Virus record (IMG/VR): IMGVR_UViG_2508501001_000004
Coordinates: 18,187 to 82,186 of that record
DNA: 64,000 nucleotides
Strand: one strand, 5' to 3'
Source: a virus
Lineage: Duplodnaviria; Caudoviricetes
The translations under genes were made by a program, and so were the position numbers. Shown piece by piece: positions 6,653-15,215 of the stretch. The first letter of the stretch is position 1; every line of letters starts with the position of its first letter. Under the pieces are notes generated by a model. That model did no database searches, had not been told where the DNA came from, and was given only the letters and a program-made list of their open reading frames with translations.

Positions 6653-9010
6653 ATGAAGTCAATTAAACTTTGCGACTATATAGCAATCGTAAAGCCTTCC
6701 TACGTTTATTTAAAGCTTACACCTAATAACTCGATACGAAATAACACTTCCAATAATTTGGCAAAAACTATAGGCTCTCTTTACAAAACCTTTCATCAAA
6801 GCATAAAAATTGAACACAAAAAATTAATTAAATTATTCGGGAAGAAATTCGTCTTGGGTTCCAAGTATTCTTTAATACTAAACCCCAAAGTTAGCTATTA
6901 CATTTATATAGAAAAGAAACGGATCGAGTTTTACTTTATTGTTCCAGAGCAGTCTCAAAGCATTATTAAAGAAAAAATGACAGATTCCTGGAATAACGTA
7001 ACAGTCCAAGCTGTGAATGAACTTCCAGGCTTCAACGAAGACGTCACTACCTACCAATTAGACTACTCAAAAGAAGATGGTCTCAGTCTTGCCGTTGACA
7101 AACGCAGTAACAGTCTCTTAGAAAGTAACCTTAATATAGTAGACATCATGCATGAAGGCGATAAAGTGGGGATCTTTTATAACTTTATTCCTACATCCCA
7201 ACGAAGCTGGTTAAGTGAATATAAGGCTACCATCACTAAAGTACGCAAAGAGCAACCTGTAGATAAAAATAAGACTGGTATTATTTACTTATTTAAGCTG
7301 GCATTCTCCCTTTTATCGGGGCTTGTAGACGATGTCGGCGGGTTCCTTGGTGATGACAGCCGTCAAAAATACTTAGTTAGGTATGAAAAGAACAATGCCT
7401 CTATTCTAGAGCAAACATTACGTAGCGCAATTAATCATAAAGTAGTGTCTAATGCAACCGTAACTAAAGGCAAGCACATGGTACTAAATATTCAAGCTAT
7501 CGTACTGAGTGAAAGTAAGGACGACCTACACCAGCGAAATAACGCAATAGCTCTAGCCCAAAGCTACGACTGCATAGGTGAAGATAATAGCTTACGACAC
7601 CGAAAGTACAAAGGTAAATTCCATCACTTAGATACTAAGATTAAAGGGGCTGCTACGATGAAAGTAAGCGTTTACGAATGCGGCAACTTCTTGGCGCTCC
7701 CTGGACGTGAATTACTTGAAAAACACAAGTTTATTGAAAAGGTAGAGACATTAGAGACTGAGGTGCCGGACGAACTCCTAAAGGGAGTAATGTGCTTAGG
7801 CGAAAACACGTACAAAGGCTATACACAAAAGGTCTACATGAGTACAGATTTTGATTATCAAATGCTTTCGCTGGTACTCATCGGGCCTAACCGGGCAGGC
7901 AAATCGAAGTTCCTTGCAAACATAGCCCGGGATGCTATTGAGGCAGGAGAGTGCGTAATCATCCCCGACTACATCGGGAGCTGCCAGCTAAGTGAAGAAA
8001 TCGCAACAACCTTCCCAAGAGATAAAGTTCTGGAGATTAGGTGTGATCACTGGGATACGTTGCAAGGGCTTGGCTATAATGAGGTTCCACGAAGCACAAC
8101 CCATTTTATCCAGTACAAAAATGCTAAGGAGCAATCGGCTCTACTGATGACGCTCGTTGATAGCATTAATGCTGACGATGCAAACTTCACGGCTAAAATG
8201 GGGAGATATTTTGAAAGCGCGGCATTAGCGGTATTCCTGTCTAATGGTAATATAAAAGACGTATTCGCCACTCTAATTAATTACAAAGTCAGGAAGTCAT
8301 TTATAGACCGAATACCTGCAGAGCAAATGGAAAACATGGAAGAGTATATCGATTACCTACATGAGCTGGATAACGTTGAAAAAGGCAAGGTAGTTGGCAC
8401 CAAGATGCACTTAATTACCGGTGCTGTAGATAGGCTACAAAAGCTTAAGGTTAATGCTTATATCGAGACCATGCTTAAAAAAGGAACTGAGAATAATATT
8501 GATCTGGTTAAGGAAATGCAGAAAAACCAGCTTATAGTTATTAAGATGCCTCAGCGTATGTTTCTGACCGACAATGAGAAAGACGTTTATGTAACTTATT
8601 GGCTCACTAAGATATGGCTTGCCCTGCAGATCCGGGAAGAGCAGATTCAAGATAGACGCAAAATGACTAAGGTAAACTTAATTATCGATGAGCTCTACCA
8701 AGTGAACAATGCGGAGAAATTCCTCAAGCTGAAACTTAGCCAGCTCCCGAAGTTTAATCTTAAACCTATCATCAGCTGCCATTACCTCAACCAAGTTAAG
8801 ACTATCCGCGAAGAATTCAGGAGCGCCAATGCGTCATATATGCTCATCAGCGGATGTGATAAAAAGAATTATGATGAGTTGAAAAGCGAACTATACCCCT
8901 ATACGGAAGAAGACTTGTTAAGCCTTAAGCGCTTTCACAGCTTGAACCTGATGAAGTGCAATGAAGGATACGCGAAGTTCATAACTAGCTTACCGGCACC
9001 TATTTCTTAA
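6653..9010 (+). CDS. Large P-loop ATPase, HerA/FtsK/VirB4/VirD4 superfamily
   Basis: Walker A GPNRAGKS, Walker B LIIDE, downstream ISCHYLNQ motif; one central hydrophobic stretch. Confidence 0.75.
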   Translation: MKSIKLCDYIAIVKPSYVYLKLTPNNSIRNNTSNNLAKTIGSLYKTFHQSIKIEHKKLIKLFGKKFVLGSKYSLILNPKVSYYIYIEKKRIEFYFIVPEQSQSIIKEKMTDSWNNVTVQAVNELPGFNEDVTTYQLDYSKEDGLSLAVDKRSNSLLESNLNIVDIMHEGDKVGIFYNFIPTSQRSWLSEYKATITKVRKEQPVDKNKTGIIYLFKLAFSLLSGLVDDVGGFLGDDSRQKYLVRYEKNNASILEQTLRSAINHKVVSNATVTKGKHMVLNIQAIVLSESKDDLHQRNNAIALAQSYDCIGEDNSLRHRKYKGKFHHLDTKIKGAATMKVSVYECGNFLALPGRELLEKHKFIEKVETLETEVPDELLKGVMCLGENTYKGYTQKVYMSTDFDYQMLSLVLIGPNRAGKSKFLANIARDAIEAGECVIIPDYIGSCQLSEEIATTFPRDKVLEIRCDHWDTLQGLGYNEVPRSTTHFIQYKNAKEQSALLMTLVDSINADDANFTAKMGRYFESAALAVFLSNGNIKDVFATLINYKVRKSFIDRIPAEQMENMEEYIDYLHELDNVEKGKVVGTKMHLITGAVDRLQKLKVNAYIETMLKKGTENNIDLVKEMQKNQLIVIKMPQRMFLTDNEKDVYVTYWLTKIWLALQIREEQIQDRRKMTKVNLIIDELYQVNNAEKFLKLKLSQLPKFNLKPIISCHYLNQVKTIREEFRSANASYMLISGCDKKNYDELKSELYPYTEEDLLSLKRFHSLNLMKCNEGYAKFITSLPAPIS

Positions 9011-9012
9011 AT

Positions 9013-9109
9013 AAAAAAGCAGAACCCCAGTGCTGCCCTAAACACCAGGTTTCTGCTCCAGCGATATATTCTTAACACTACACTATATGTCCATGCCCCA
9101 GGATGTGTG
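9013..9109 (-). ncRNA. Putative ~65-nt sRNA with sigmaK-like promoter and its own terminator
   Basis: CACA(9109-9106)-16 nt-CATATAGT(9089-9082); 14-bp hairpin 9019-9056 then U6; no ORF. Confidence 0.35.
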
Positions 9110-9111
9110 AC

Positions 9112-9142
9112 AAAGCGCCGGCTAATTGCCGGCGTCTTTTTT
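9112..9142. terminator. Bidirectional terminator
   Basis: AAAGCGCCGGC-taatt-GCCGGCGTCTTTTTT between convergent genes. Confidence 0.7.
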
Positions 9143-9149
9143 GCCGAGA

Positions 9150-9737
9150 TTAAAATTTCGGGAATTTCCCCTCATCAATAAGCCTTTGTCTTTGCTTAGC
9201 CATTTTGGCTGCTTCTCGCTTTTGCTTTTCCAAAAGCCCTTCTCTTTCCGCCTCGGCTTCCCTCCATGATATTAACTTAGGAATTGCCGCATAAATAAGG
9301 TTCTCTATAGATCCAAACTTTTTACCCGTAAATGGGCAAATATATTGCGTCTTTATGCCTATCTCGGCCAACTCTGCGCCCTTGGGGAAAAGATTACGTA
9401 TAAGATCATCCTTTACGTCAGCGATAACTCCCTGGGAAGGATCTAGACTGTGCACATAGATATAGTGGTCCCAGTCTCTCATTAGGTCTTGCATCGTGTA
9501 AACAATCCCGCTCCTCTCAACGGCTTTAGGAGATGGGTCTTTCTTCTTTTGAGCCTTAACCGGGGCCGGGTTCATTTTTTCCTGTATGGCCGCATTAACG
9601 AAGGCGTTAACGCTCAAGCCTTTCTTCTCGGCAAAAGCTTGGATTACTTCCTTTTCCCCTTTTTTCACAGTAAGGGGTATCCGATCATATGCCTTTTCGT
9701 TATACTTTCGATTTGCTTTAGTTCGCGCCGTGGGCAT
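9150..9737 (-). CDS. N-terminal ribbon-helix-helix regulator with unknown C-terminal domain
   Basis: YDRIPLTVKKGEKEVIQAFAEKKGLSVNAFVNAAIQEKM. Confidence 0.7.
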   Translation of the reverse strand: MPTARTKANRKYNEKAYDRIPLTVKKGEKEVIQAFAEKKGLSVNAFVNAAIQEKMNPAPVKAQKKKDPSPKAVERSGIVYTMQDLMRDWDHYIYVHSLDPSQGVIADVKDDLIRNLFPKGAELAEIGIKTQYICPFTGKKFGSIENLIYAAIPKLISWREAEAEREGLLEKQKREAAKMAKQRQRLIDEGKFPKF

Positions 9738-9769
9738 AGCATCACCTCAACCTAAGCATAACACAAAAA

Positions 9770-9846
9770 ATGTACTAACGCTAGTATAATTATAATTGAC
9801 TATGTACTAGCGCTATGGTATATTATATGTAATAACACTAGTACAT
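9770..9846 (+). promoter_or_regulatory. sigmaA promoter with three ATGTACTA(G/A) operator repeats
   Basis: TTGACT(9796)-17 nt-TGnTATATT; repeats at 9770-9783, 9802-9815 and inverted at 9838-9846. Confidence 0.6.
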
Positions 9847-9864
9847 ACAAAGGAGGCCGCCACA

Positions 9865-10062
9865 ATGACGAACTTTACCACCATCACCGAACTTGAAATA
9901 CTCCGCTTAGCATCCTTTGAATTGCTAGCAATGGCAAGCAAAGAAGCTGATAGGCTGAGGGCCAACCCCGAAAGCCAAATCGCACAGCACCGCCACAACA
10001 AGTTTTACAAGCAATACGATGAGATAAAAAAGAGAATAATCACATTGGAAAACGCAATATAA
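9865..10062 (+). CDS. Small hypothetical protein
   Basis: 65 aa, RBS AAGGAGG. Confidence 0.7.
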   Translation: MTNFTTITELEILRLASFELLAMASKEADRLRANPESQIAQHRHNKFYKQYDEIKKRIITLENAI

Positions 10063-10119
10063 AAACCAAAGCCGAAAGCCGGGCGGCTAAGCCCGGCGTG
10101 ATGAGAAAGGATGATATGT

Positions 10120-10269
10120 GTGAATTCTAAGGTATATGAAGACAATTATGGAATATGTCGTTGTGAAAAGTGCAGCACTGAATTACTATGCGATGAAAAT
10201 GGGGATATGCCTGATGTTTGCCCATCGTGTAAAACTACTCTTGACTGGTCCATTTACGAACCCGCCTGA
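10120..10269 (+). CDS. 49-aa zinc-ribbon protein (GTG start)
   Basis: CEKC ... CPSC; RBS AGAAAGGA; stop codon lies inside the ribozyme core. Confidence 0.6.
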   Translation: MNSKVYEDNYGICRCEKCSTELLCDENGDMPDVCPSCKTTLDWSIYEPA

Positions 10270-10328
10270 CGATGGCCTGAGGGACCAGGCCGAAACCTAA
10301 CCCGGACAAGCCCCGGGGAGGTCGCGGG
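10261..10328 (+). ncRNA. Type I hammerhead ribozyme
   Basis: Stem I CCCGC/GCGGG; core CTGACGA; stem II GGCCTG/CAGGCC; GAAA; stem III CCT/AGG with internal hairpin; GTC cleavage triplet at 10321-10323. Confidence 0.8.
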
Positions 10329-10470
10329 ATCCCGCTTCGAGCTGGCTTTGCAAAGTCAGCCTTGATATAGATTTTGATCTTTGTGGCCTAAATATTTATA
10401 CTTTCGGCAGGAATCTCCATAATTTAAGAGAAACTATACTAAAAATACAATATTTTGGGGGTTGTTCATA

Positions 10471-11388
10471 ATGGGGGAACAATTGCGGAAAGCGGCATAT
10501 AAGGGCGACGTTGTCATTGGTAATATTAGAATACCTTGCGCTGTGTTAGACAATGGGAAAAGAGTATTAAGCGAAACTGGTATAACCCATGCTATACTAG
10601 GAACGGCAAGCGGTGCATCAAGGCGACTAAAAAAAGAACACCAAGAAGCCGGGGCCCCTTTGCCCGTTTTTATAGCCCCTAAAAACCTGAAACCCTTTGT
10701 TGATAAGGCTTTAGATGTCGGGTCCCTTGATCCAATTTTATATTTAGACGGGAAAAGAACCGTCAGTGGTTACGATGCATCAATTCTTCCTACTGTATGT
10801 GATATTTGGCTTAATGCAAGAGAGGCAAATATATTACAGAAACAACAATTAGATAAGGCATTGAAAGCAGAAATTCTTATGAGGGGCCTTGCTCATACAG
10901 GTATAATAGCTTTGATTGACGAGGCTACTGGATATCAAGAAGTAAGAGAAAAAGATGCCCTTCAAAAATTGCTAGCCATTTACTTGACAGATGAAAGACT
11001 AAAATGGGCAAAAATGTTCCCAGATGAATATTATCGACAACTATTTAGATTGAGAAAATGGAATTATGATCCCCTTGATACACACAGACCGAGATTGGTT
11101 GGAAAATTGACTAATCAATTGGTATATGAAAAGCTGCCCCCCGGTGTTCTTGATGAGCTAAAGAAATTGAACCCCGTCAAAAATAAACAGTCAGGTAGAA
11201 GAGAAGCTACCCACCACCAACATCTTTCAACAGACATTGGACAAAAGGACTTACGTGACCATCTTATGCAGTTGATAGCTATCATGAGGATATCATCTTC
11301 GTGGGAAATATTTAAAAAGAATTTTCAAAAGGCTTTTCCTCCTTCAAGCGGAATACAGGAAGAATTATTTGAAGAAGAAGATCTATAA
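10471..11388 (+). CDS. P63C-domain protein
   Basis: IPCAVLDNGKRVLS, GLAHTGIIALIDEATGYQ, WAKMFPDEYYRQLFRL, HHQHLS motifs. Confidence 0.8.
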   Translation: MGEQLRKAAYKGDVVIGNIRIPCAVLDNGKRVLSETGITHAILGTASGASRRLKKEHQEAGAPLPVFIAPKNLKPFVDKALDVGSLDPILYLDGKRTVSGYDASILPTVCDIWLNAREANILQKQQLDKALKAEILMRGLAHTGIIALIDEATGYQEVREKDALQKLLAIYLTDERLKWAKMFPDEYYRQLFRLRKWNYDPLDTHRPRLVGKLTNQLVYEKLPPGVLDELKKLNPVKNKQSGRREATHHQHLSTDIGQKDLRDHLMQLIAIMRISSSWEIFKKNFQKAFPPSSGIQEELFEEEDL

Positions 11389-11396
11389 CACAAAAA

Positions 11397-11424
11397 AAGC
11401 CCCCATCGTTTTCAATGGGAGCCT
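11397..11424. terminator. Bidirectional terminator
   Basis: AAAAAAAGCCCCCATCG-tttt-CAATGGGAGCCT hairpin between convergent units. Confidence 0.5.
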
Positions 11425-11531
11425 AAGCTTGTAACCTTATGGGACAATCTGGCATAGTATGTATTGCGGTGTAGACATGGCATCGCTTCCTTTCTGATAA
11501 AGGGGGAGAGTTTAGGCGAGGCTCTCCCCTG

Positions 11532-11780
11532 TTACATTTTCCAGAGCATCCACTTGCAGGCCTGCACCTCATAGTTAAGTTCAAATACCTTTAGTATTCC
11601 ATCAATTTCACTCTGGCAGCGGAAAATGATCATGCGCTTGCCAGCGATTTTTTCTTCCACCGTATGTACCACGCGCTGGACTTGGACCACAGATCCCTCG
11701 TGTCTGAATCGTACCGGATGAGGTTTACCGGCTTGATCGAACCATGCTACCATTTCCACCGGCTTAGCGATTATTTTCAT
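11532..11780 (-). CDS. Conserved small Firmicute protein, SOS-regulated
   Basis: 82 aa, WFDQAGKPHPVRFR...FELNYEVQACKWMLWKM; RBS AAGGAG; LexA box upstream. Confidence 0.7.
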   Translation of the reverse strand: MKIIAKPVEMVAWFDQAGKPHPVRFRHEGSVVQVQRVVHTVEEKIAGKRMIIFRCQSEIDGILKVFELNYEVQACKWMLWKM

Positions 11781-11800
11781 ACATATATTCGCTCCTTAAA

Positions 11801-11812
11801 GAACGTTTGTTC
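11801..11812. promoter_or_regulatory. LexA (SOS) box
   Basis: GAAC-GTTT-GTTC between the -10 TATAAT and the RBS of 11532-11780. Confidence 0.7.
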
Positions 11813-11990
11813 TATTATAAGGCGAATGAAGCGAAATTGGTAGAGGAAAGTTTTGGGTGTCGTGATCATCCAATAACAAAAAGACTCCTCATCATTCGAT
11901 GAGAGTTAATTTGCGCTATTAAAACTCAAGCCTTACTTAGGAAGTCCAAATTTAAATACTAAGAATGTACAAAACCATCCCCTTTTATAG

Positions 11991-12995
11991 CTATTTATTG
12001 ATTATCTTACCTATATTCTTCATCTCTATAGATAAAGTTCCATCAGGATTATTAATGAACTCAATATAGTCCTTATTATGGAAGTAATCCGCTGGAAATG
12101 TTATTTCGATTCCCGTGTCAGTTTTAATCCTATGATTTTTTCCCTTTTTGATTGCAAAGGATCTATCTACCTTTACTGTCTCGGGAATGCCAGTATTTTT
12201 TACTTCTTTAATATATTCTTCTTGCATTATAGGAGAAGAGTTAAATACTTCTTTGCCTAATTCTGTCGTATCTAAGTATTCTGATACTTCCGCGTTTTCT
12301 ACTAAATAATTTTTAACCTTAGAGATAGCCGCAACACTGCTTTGTCCATGATTCTCTGATACCATGCGTGTAATGGAATGAAGCAAATCAATTGCGTTTT
12401 TAGGAGAAATAGTAGAGTTACATCCTAAAACTATATCGGATAGGATATAAGTATCCTTACCATCAATAAATCTTTTCTTGTCACAGAATCTAATATCTAG
12501 AGAGCTTACCTCAATAATGGCATATTCATCGATTTTTTGTGAAATATTTGGTAATATAGCATAATGATTGATGATTCCATTTTGTATTTTTCCCTCATTT
12601 TTAATTACTTGATGAGTAAACCCCACTTTATTATTACATTTTAATATTGCAATAAACCTTTTATCATCAATGTTCACGTCACAAACGATTAAATCTGCAG
12701 GTTCTAAAATATCTGATAGAGATATAGCGGAGTATACTAATTCTGCGGTATGAACAGAAAAACTAGTAAAGTCTATATTATCGGTAACGTATTCCGTAAG
12801 TTTTTTCTTGTAACTACTATCTGCATTAAAATTACCAGATTTTGAACCAGAATCGTTCATTATCTTTTCAATATGTTTCGTTAAGAAAGTAAGAACACTT
12901 TTACTCCCTATATCTAATTCCTGATCTGAAAATACCATTATACCGGACTTGAAATCCAGAATATGCAGAATAGCCTTATTTATTATCGTTATCAA
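11991..12995 (-). CDS. Nucleoid-associated protein (YejK/NdpA, 37-kD family-like)
   Basis: ITIINKAILHILD N-terminus; KNHRIKTDTGIEITFP...NPDGTLSIEMKNI C-terminus; TTG start overlapping upstream gene. Confidence 0.7.
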   Translation of the reverse strand: MITIINKAILHILDFKSGIMVFSDQELDIGSKSVLTFLTKHIEKIMNDSGSKSGNFNADSSYKKKLTEYVTDNIDFTSFSVHTAELVYSAISLSDILEPADLIVCDVNIDDKRFIAILKCNNKVGFTHQVIKNEGKIQNGIINHYAILPNISQKIDEYAIIEVSSLDIRFCDKKRFIDGKDTYILSDIVLGCNSTISPKNAIDLLHSITRMVSENHGQSSVAAISKVKNYLVENAEVSEYLDTTELGKEVFNSSPIMQEEYIKEVKNTGIPETVKVDRSFAIKKGKNHRIKTDTGIEITFPADYFHNKDYIEFINNPDGTLSIEMKNIGKIINK

Positions 12996-13623
12996 TATGT
13001 TCGCCTTCTCTTTCTTTTTTAAAGATAATCAAAAGCTTATAGGCAATACTCTCTCTAAACAATACTATTGTATTATATATAGCACTCTTTAGTTCGTAAA
13101 TAATTCGAAATATATACGTGAAGTAGATAATAAGTACCAGTACCGCCAAGCTATTATTAATTATATAATTACTAGTCAATACCCATTCATTGACTATACA
13201 ATTTAAGAACAGCAATATCACACCAGTTATACATAATCCTATAAAATACAGAAACAATACAGATTCATAATATTTAGTACTGATCATCAAAGATGATACA
13301 CCATCAGTTTTGAGTTTTGCTAGTTCCTTTATATATTTATCGCTCAAAAATGCCAATAAAATAGCATAGATAGTAAATAGGTATCCAAATATATAAAGCA
13401 ACACATTAAGAAGAACCCCTACTATAGCTAATAATATTTTTACCGTATTTTCATTAATCCCTATTATGGCAGCAAAAAAGACACCTAGAACAAAGCTAAT
13501 AACGAAAGCAATCCAATTATTTTTATCTGGAGTAATTTCTTTGAAGGCGTCTATTATCATCTTTTTTGCAGGTGTTTTTTCTGTAAATTCATTAATTGTC
13601 GCAAAATATTTTTCTTCGTTCAT
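12976..13623 (-). CDS. Four-transmembrane protein of unknown function
   Basis: Four long hydrophobic segments; ATG 13623 (track start 13656); AT-rich. Confidence 0.75.
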   Translation of the reverse strand: MNEEKYFATINEFTEKTPAKKMIIDAFKEITPDKNNWIAFVISFVLGVFFAAIIGINENTVKILLAIVGVLLNVLLYIFGYLFTIYAILLAFLSDKYIKELAKLKTDGVSSLMISTKYYESVLFLYFIGLCITGVILLFLNCIVNEWVLTSNYIINNSLAVLVLIIYFTYIFRIIYELKSAIYNTIVLFRESIAYKLLIIFKKEREGEHIDNDNK

Positions 13624-13660
13624 TAATTTACACCTGCTTTCTGTCGAAGAAATCACAATA

Positions 13661-14605
13661 TCACAATAATGAACGTAAGGCAGCTACATATCTTTTATAC
13701 CAAGCCTCGTTTTCCTTACTAACATTTTTTATTATTGATTCTTTTTGTGCAATTAAAACGAAATATTCATCATCATCGCTAGTTACATCTTTAGCGAAAG
13801 CAATTTTCTTGTTAGACGAAAAAGAATCTTCTCTAATTTTTTCATCCTCGCCGTCTTTATTCTTAACAAATAGTGTTGTTCTAGCTTGCCCAGAAGTCTC
13901 TTCTAATAATTTTTGAATTCCCTCTTTAGAGTCCGGGGAGTTAAATGTTAAATTAGTGGTATTTGAACCGAGACTTTTCATTTCTGCTCTAATTGAGTTT
14001 GCAATTGGTCGCTTACCAAAATCATTATTAAGTGGAAAAAAATTAAGTTTTACCCACTTAATTTTTTGAACACTTTTGAGTACAGCGTTAATGTCTTCTT
14101 TAAGTGGCATATCTACAATATTGACTAAGGCGTTCGGCAAAGTTGTAGTAGGCTTACGTTTATTTTCTCGTTGTTCCTTATTAGCTTCACGGGTATATTT
14201 ATTCAGAATATATCTTACTGTAGCTTGGAAGCTTCTAATATCGGGACTTACAGATTCATTTCGCACCAGAATCATGCGATGATTTTTTAAAAAAATAATA
14301 AATCTTGAGTAAGGAGCCGTTGGGTGCTTTGCCGGGGAAGCGGTTAACGCTCCATTCGTAACAGTTGTATGAATCGTATATTCAGTTTCTTTTATATAAT
14401 TTCCAACGAGTATATATTCCCCGCCTTTGATTTGCTTGATCTCAACATCAGTAAATAGAAAATGAGGGATTTCATCAACCTTTCCCCTCATGATACCAGA
14501 TGTAAAAGCAGGAAAAATGATGTCCTTGAAATGTGATAGCATTGGCTCTGCTTTTTCCCCAAAGGTAATATTGAAATTAGCCAAGTGCATTATCTTTTCG
14601 TTCAC
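13661..14605 (-). CDS. Hypothetical soluble protein, first gene of three-gene operon
   Basis: 314 aa, RBS AGGAGGAG, AT-rich; no motif recognised. Confidence 0.75.
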   Translation of the reverse strand: MNEKIMHLANFNITFGEKAEPMLSHFKDIIFPAFTSGIMRGKVDEIPHFLFTDVEIKQIKGGEYILVGNYIKETEYTIHTTVTNGALTASPAKHPTAPYSRFIIFLKNHRMILVRNESVSPDIRSFQATVRYILNKYTREANKEQRENKRKPTTTLPNALVNIVDMPLKEDINAVLKSVQKIKWVKLNFFPLNNDFGKRPIANSIRAEMKSLGSNTTNLTFNSPDSKEGIQKLLEETSGQARTTLFVKNKDGEDEKIREDSFSSNKKIAFAKDVTSDDDEYFVLIAQKESIIKNVSKENEAWYKRYVAALRSLL

Positions 14606-14776
14606 TCTGATCTCCTCCTGATAATTAATCTAGTTATTACGCAATATTTTAACTAGATTCGTCATCACTTGGCTAAATTCCTTTTCTTTACATCAAAAGT
14701 CAACAAAACTGTTTAGCGAAAGCCCCCTTCAGCTAAGGAGAGGGCTTTCATCATGCCTATATTAACCTCGCGCCAC

Positions 14777-15175
14777 CTACATTACCGGATCGCTCTCTAC
14801 CTCCGCGCTGGGCTGCGGCGTAATAATCGGCGGGCTGACGTCCGGGACCTGGGCCTTATAAACAACTGGCTCAAGGGCACTAACCACCGACTGCTGCGTA
14901 CTCGGCTGGCTAATGTTATGGGCACCGGCCGCCGTGATCGCCACCAAAAACGAGTTAAGCACGGATAACCCAATAGCCTCAACCGTAAAATTACCGCTGA
15001 CAAACAGGGTAAAAAGCTGGATCACCAGCGCAAAGCCCACGGCCATAAGCCGTATCCACCAGTCGCTTAATCGTGCCTTGACAGGCTCCTTAAAGAATTG
15101 GACGAGCAAATACGTCACAGCAACCAGACCGGCATAACTCCCCAGGTAGGACGTGGTAAATAAATCGGTGGGCAT
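14777..15175 (-). CDS. Holin
   Basis: Three hydrophobic segments; directly after endolysin; terminator at about 14720-14750. Confidence 0.7.
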   Translation of the reverse strand: MPTDLFTTSYLGSYAGLVAVTYLLVQFFKEPVKARLSDWWIRLMAVGFALVIQLFTLFVSGNFTVEAIGLSVLNSFLVAITAAGAHNISQPSTQQSVVSALEPVVYKAQVPDVSPPIITPQPSAEVESDPVM

Positions 15176-15215
15176 GTTGATTCCTCCTTTGTAATTTGCA
15201 AATTATGCAATTTGC

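Noticed and set aside
6653-9010. Complete conjugative element (ICE)
   Set aside because: No relaxase or further mating-pair genes recognised; the module lies within the phage att boundaries
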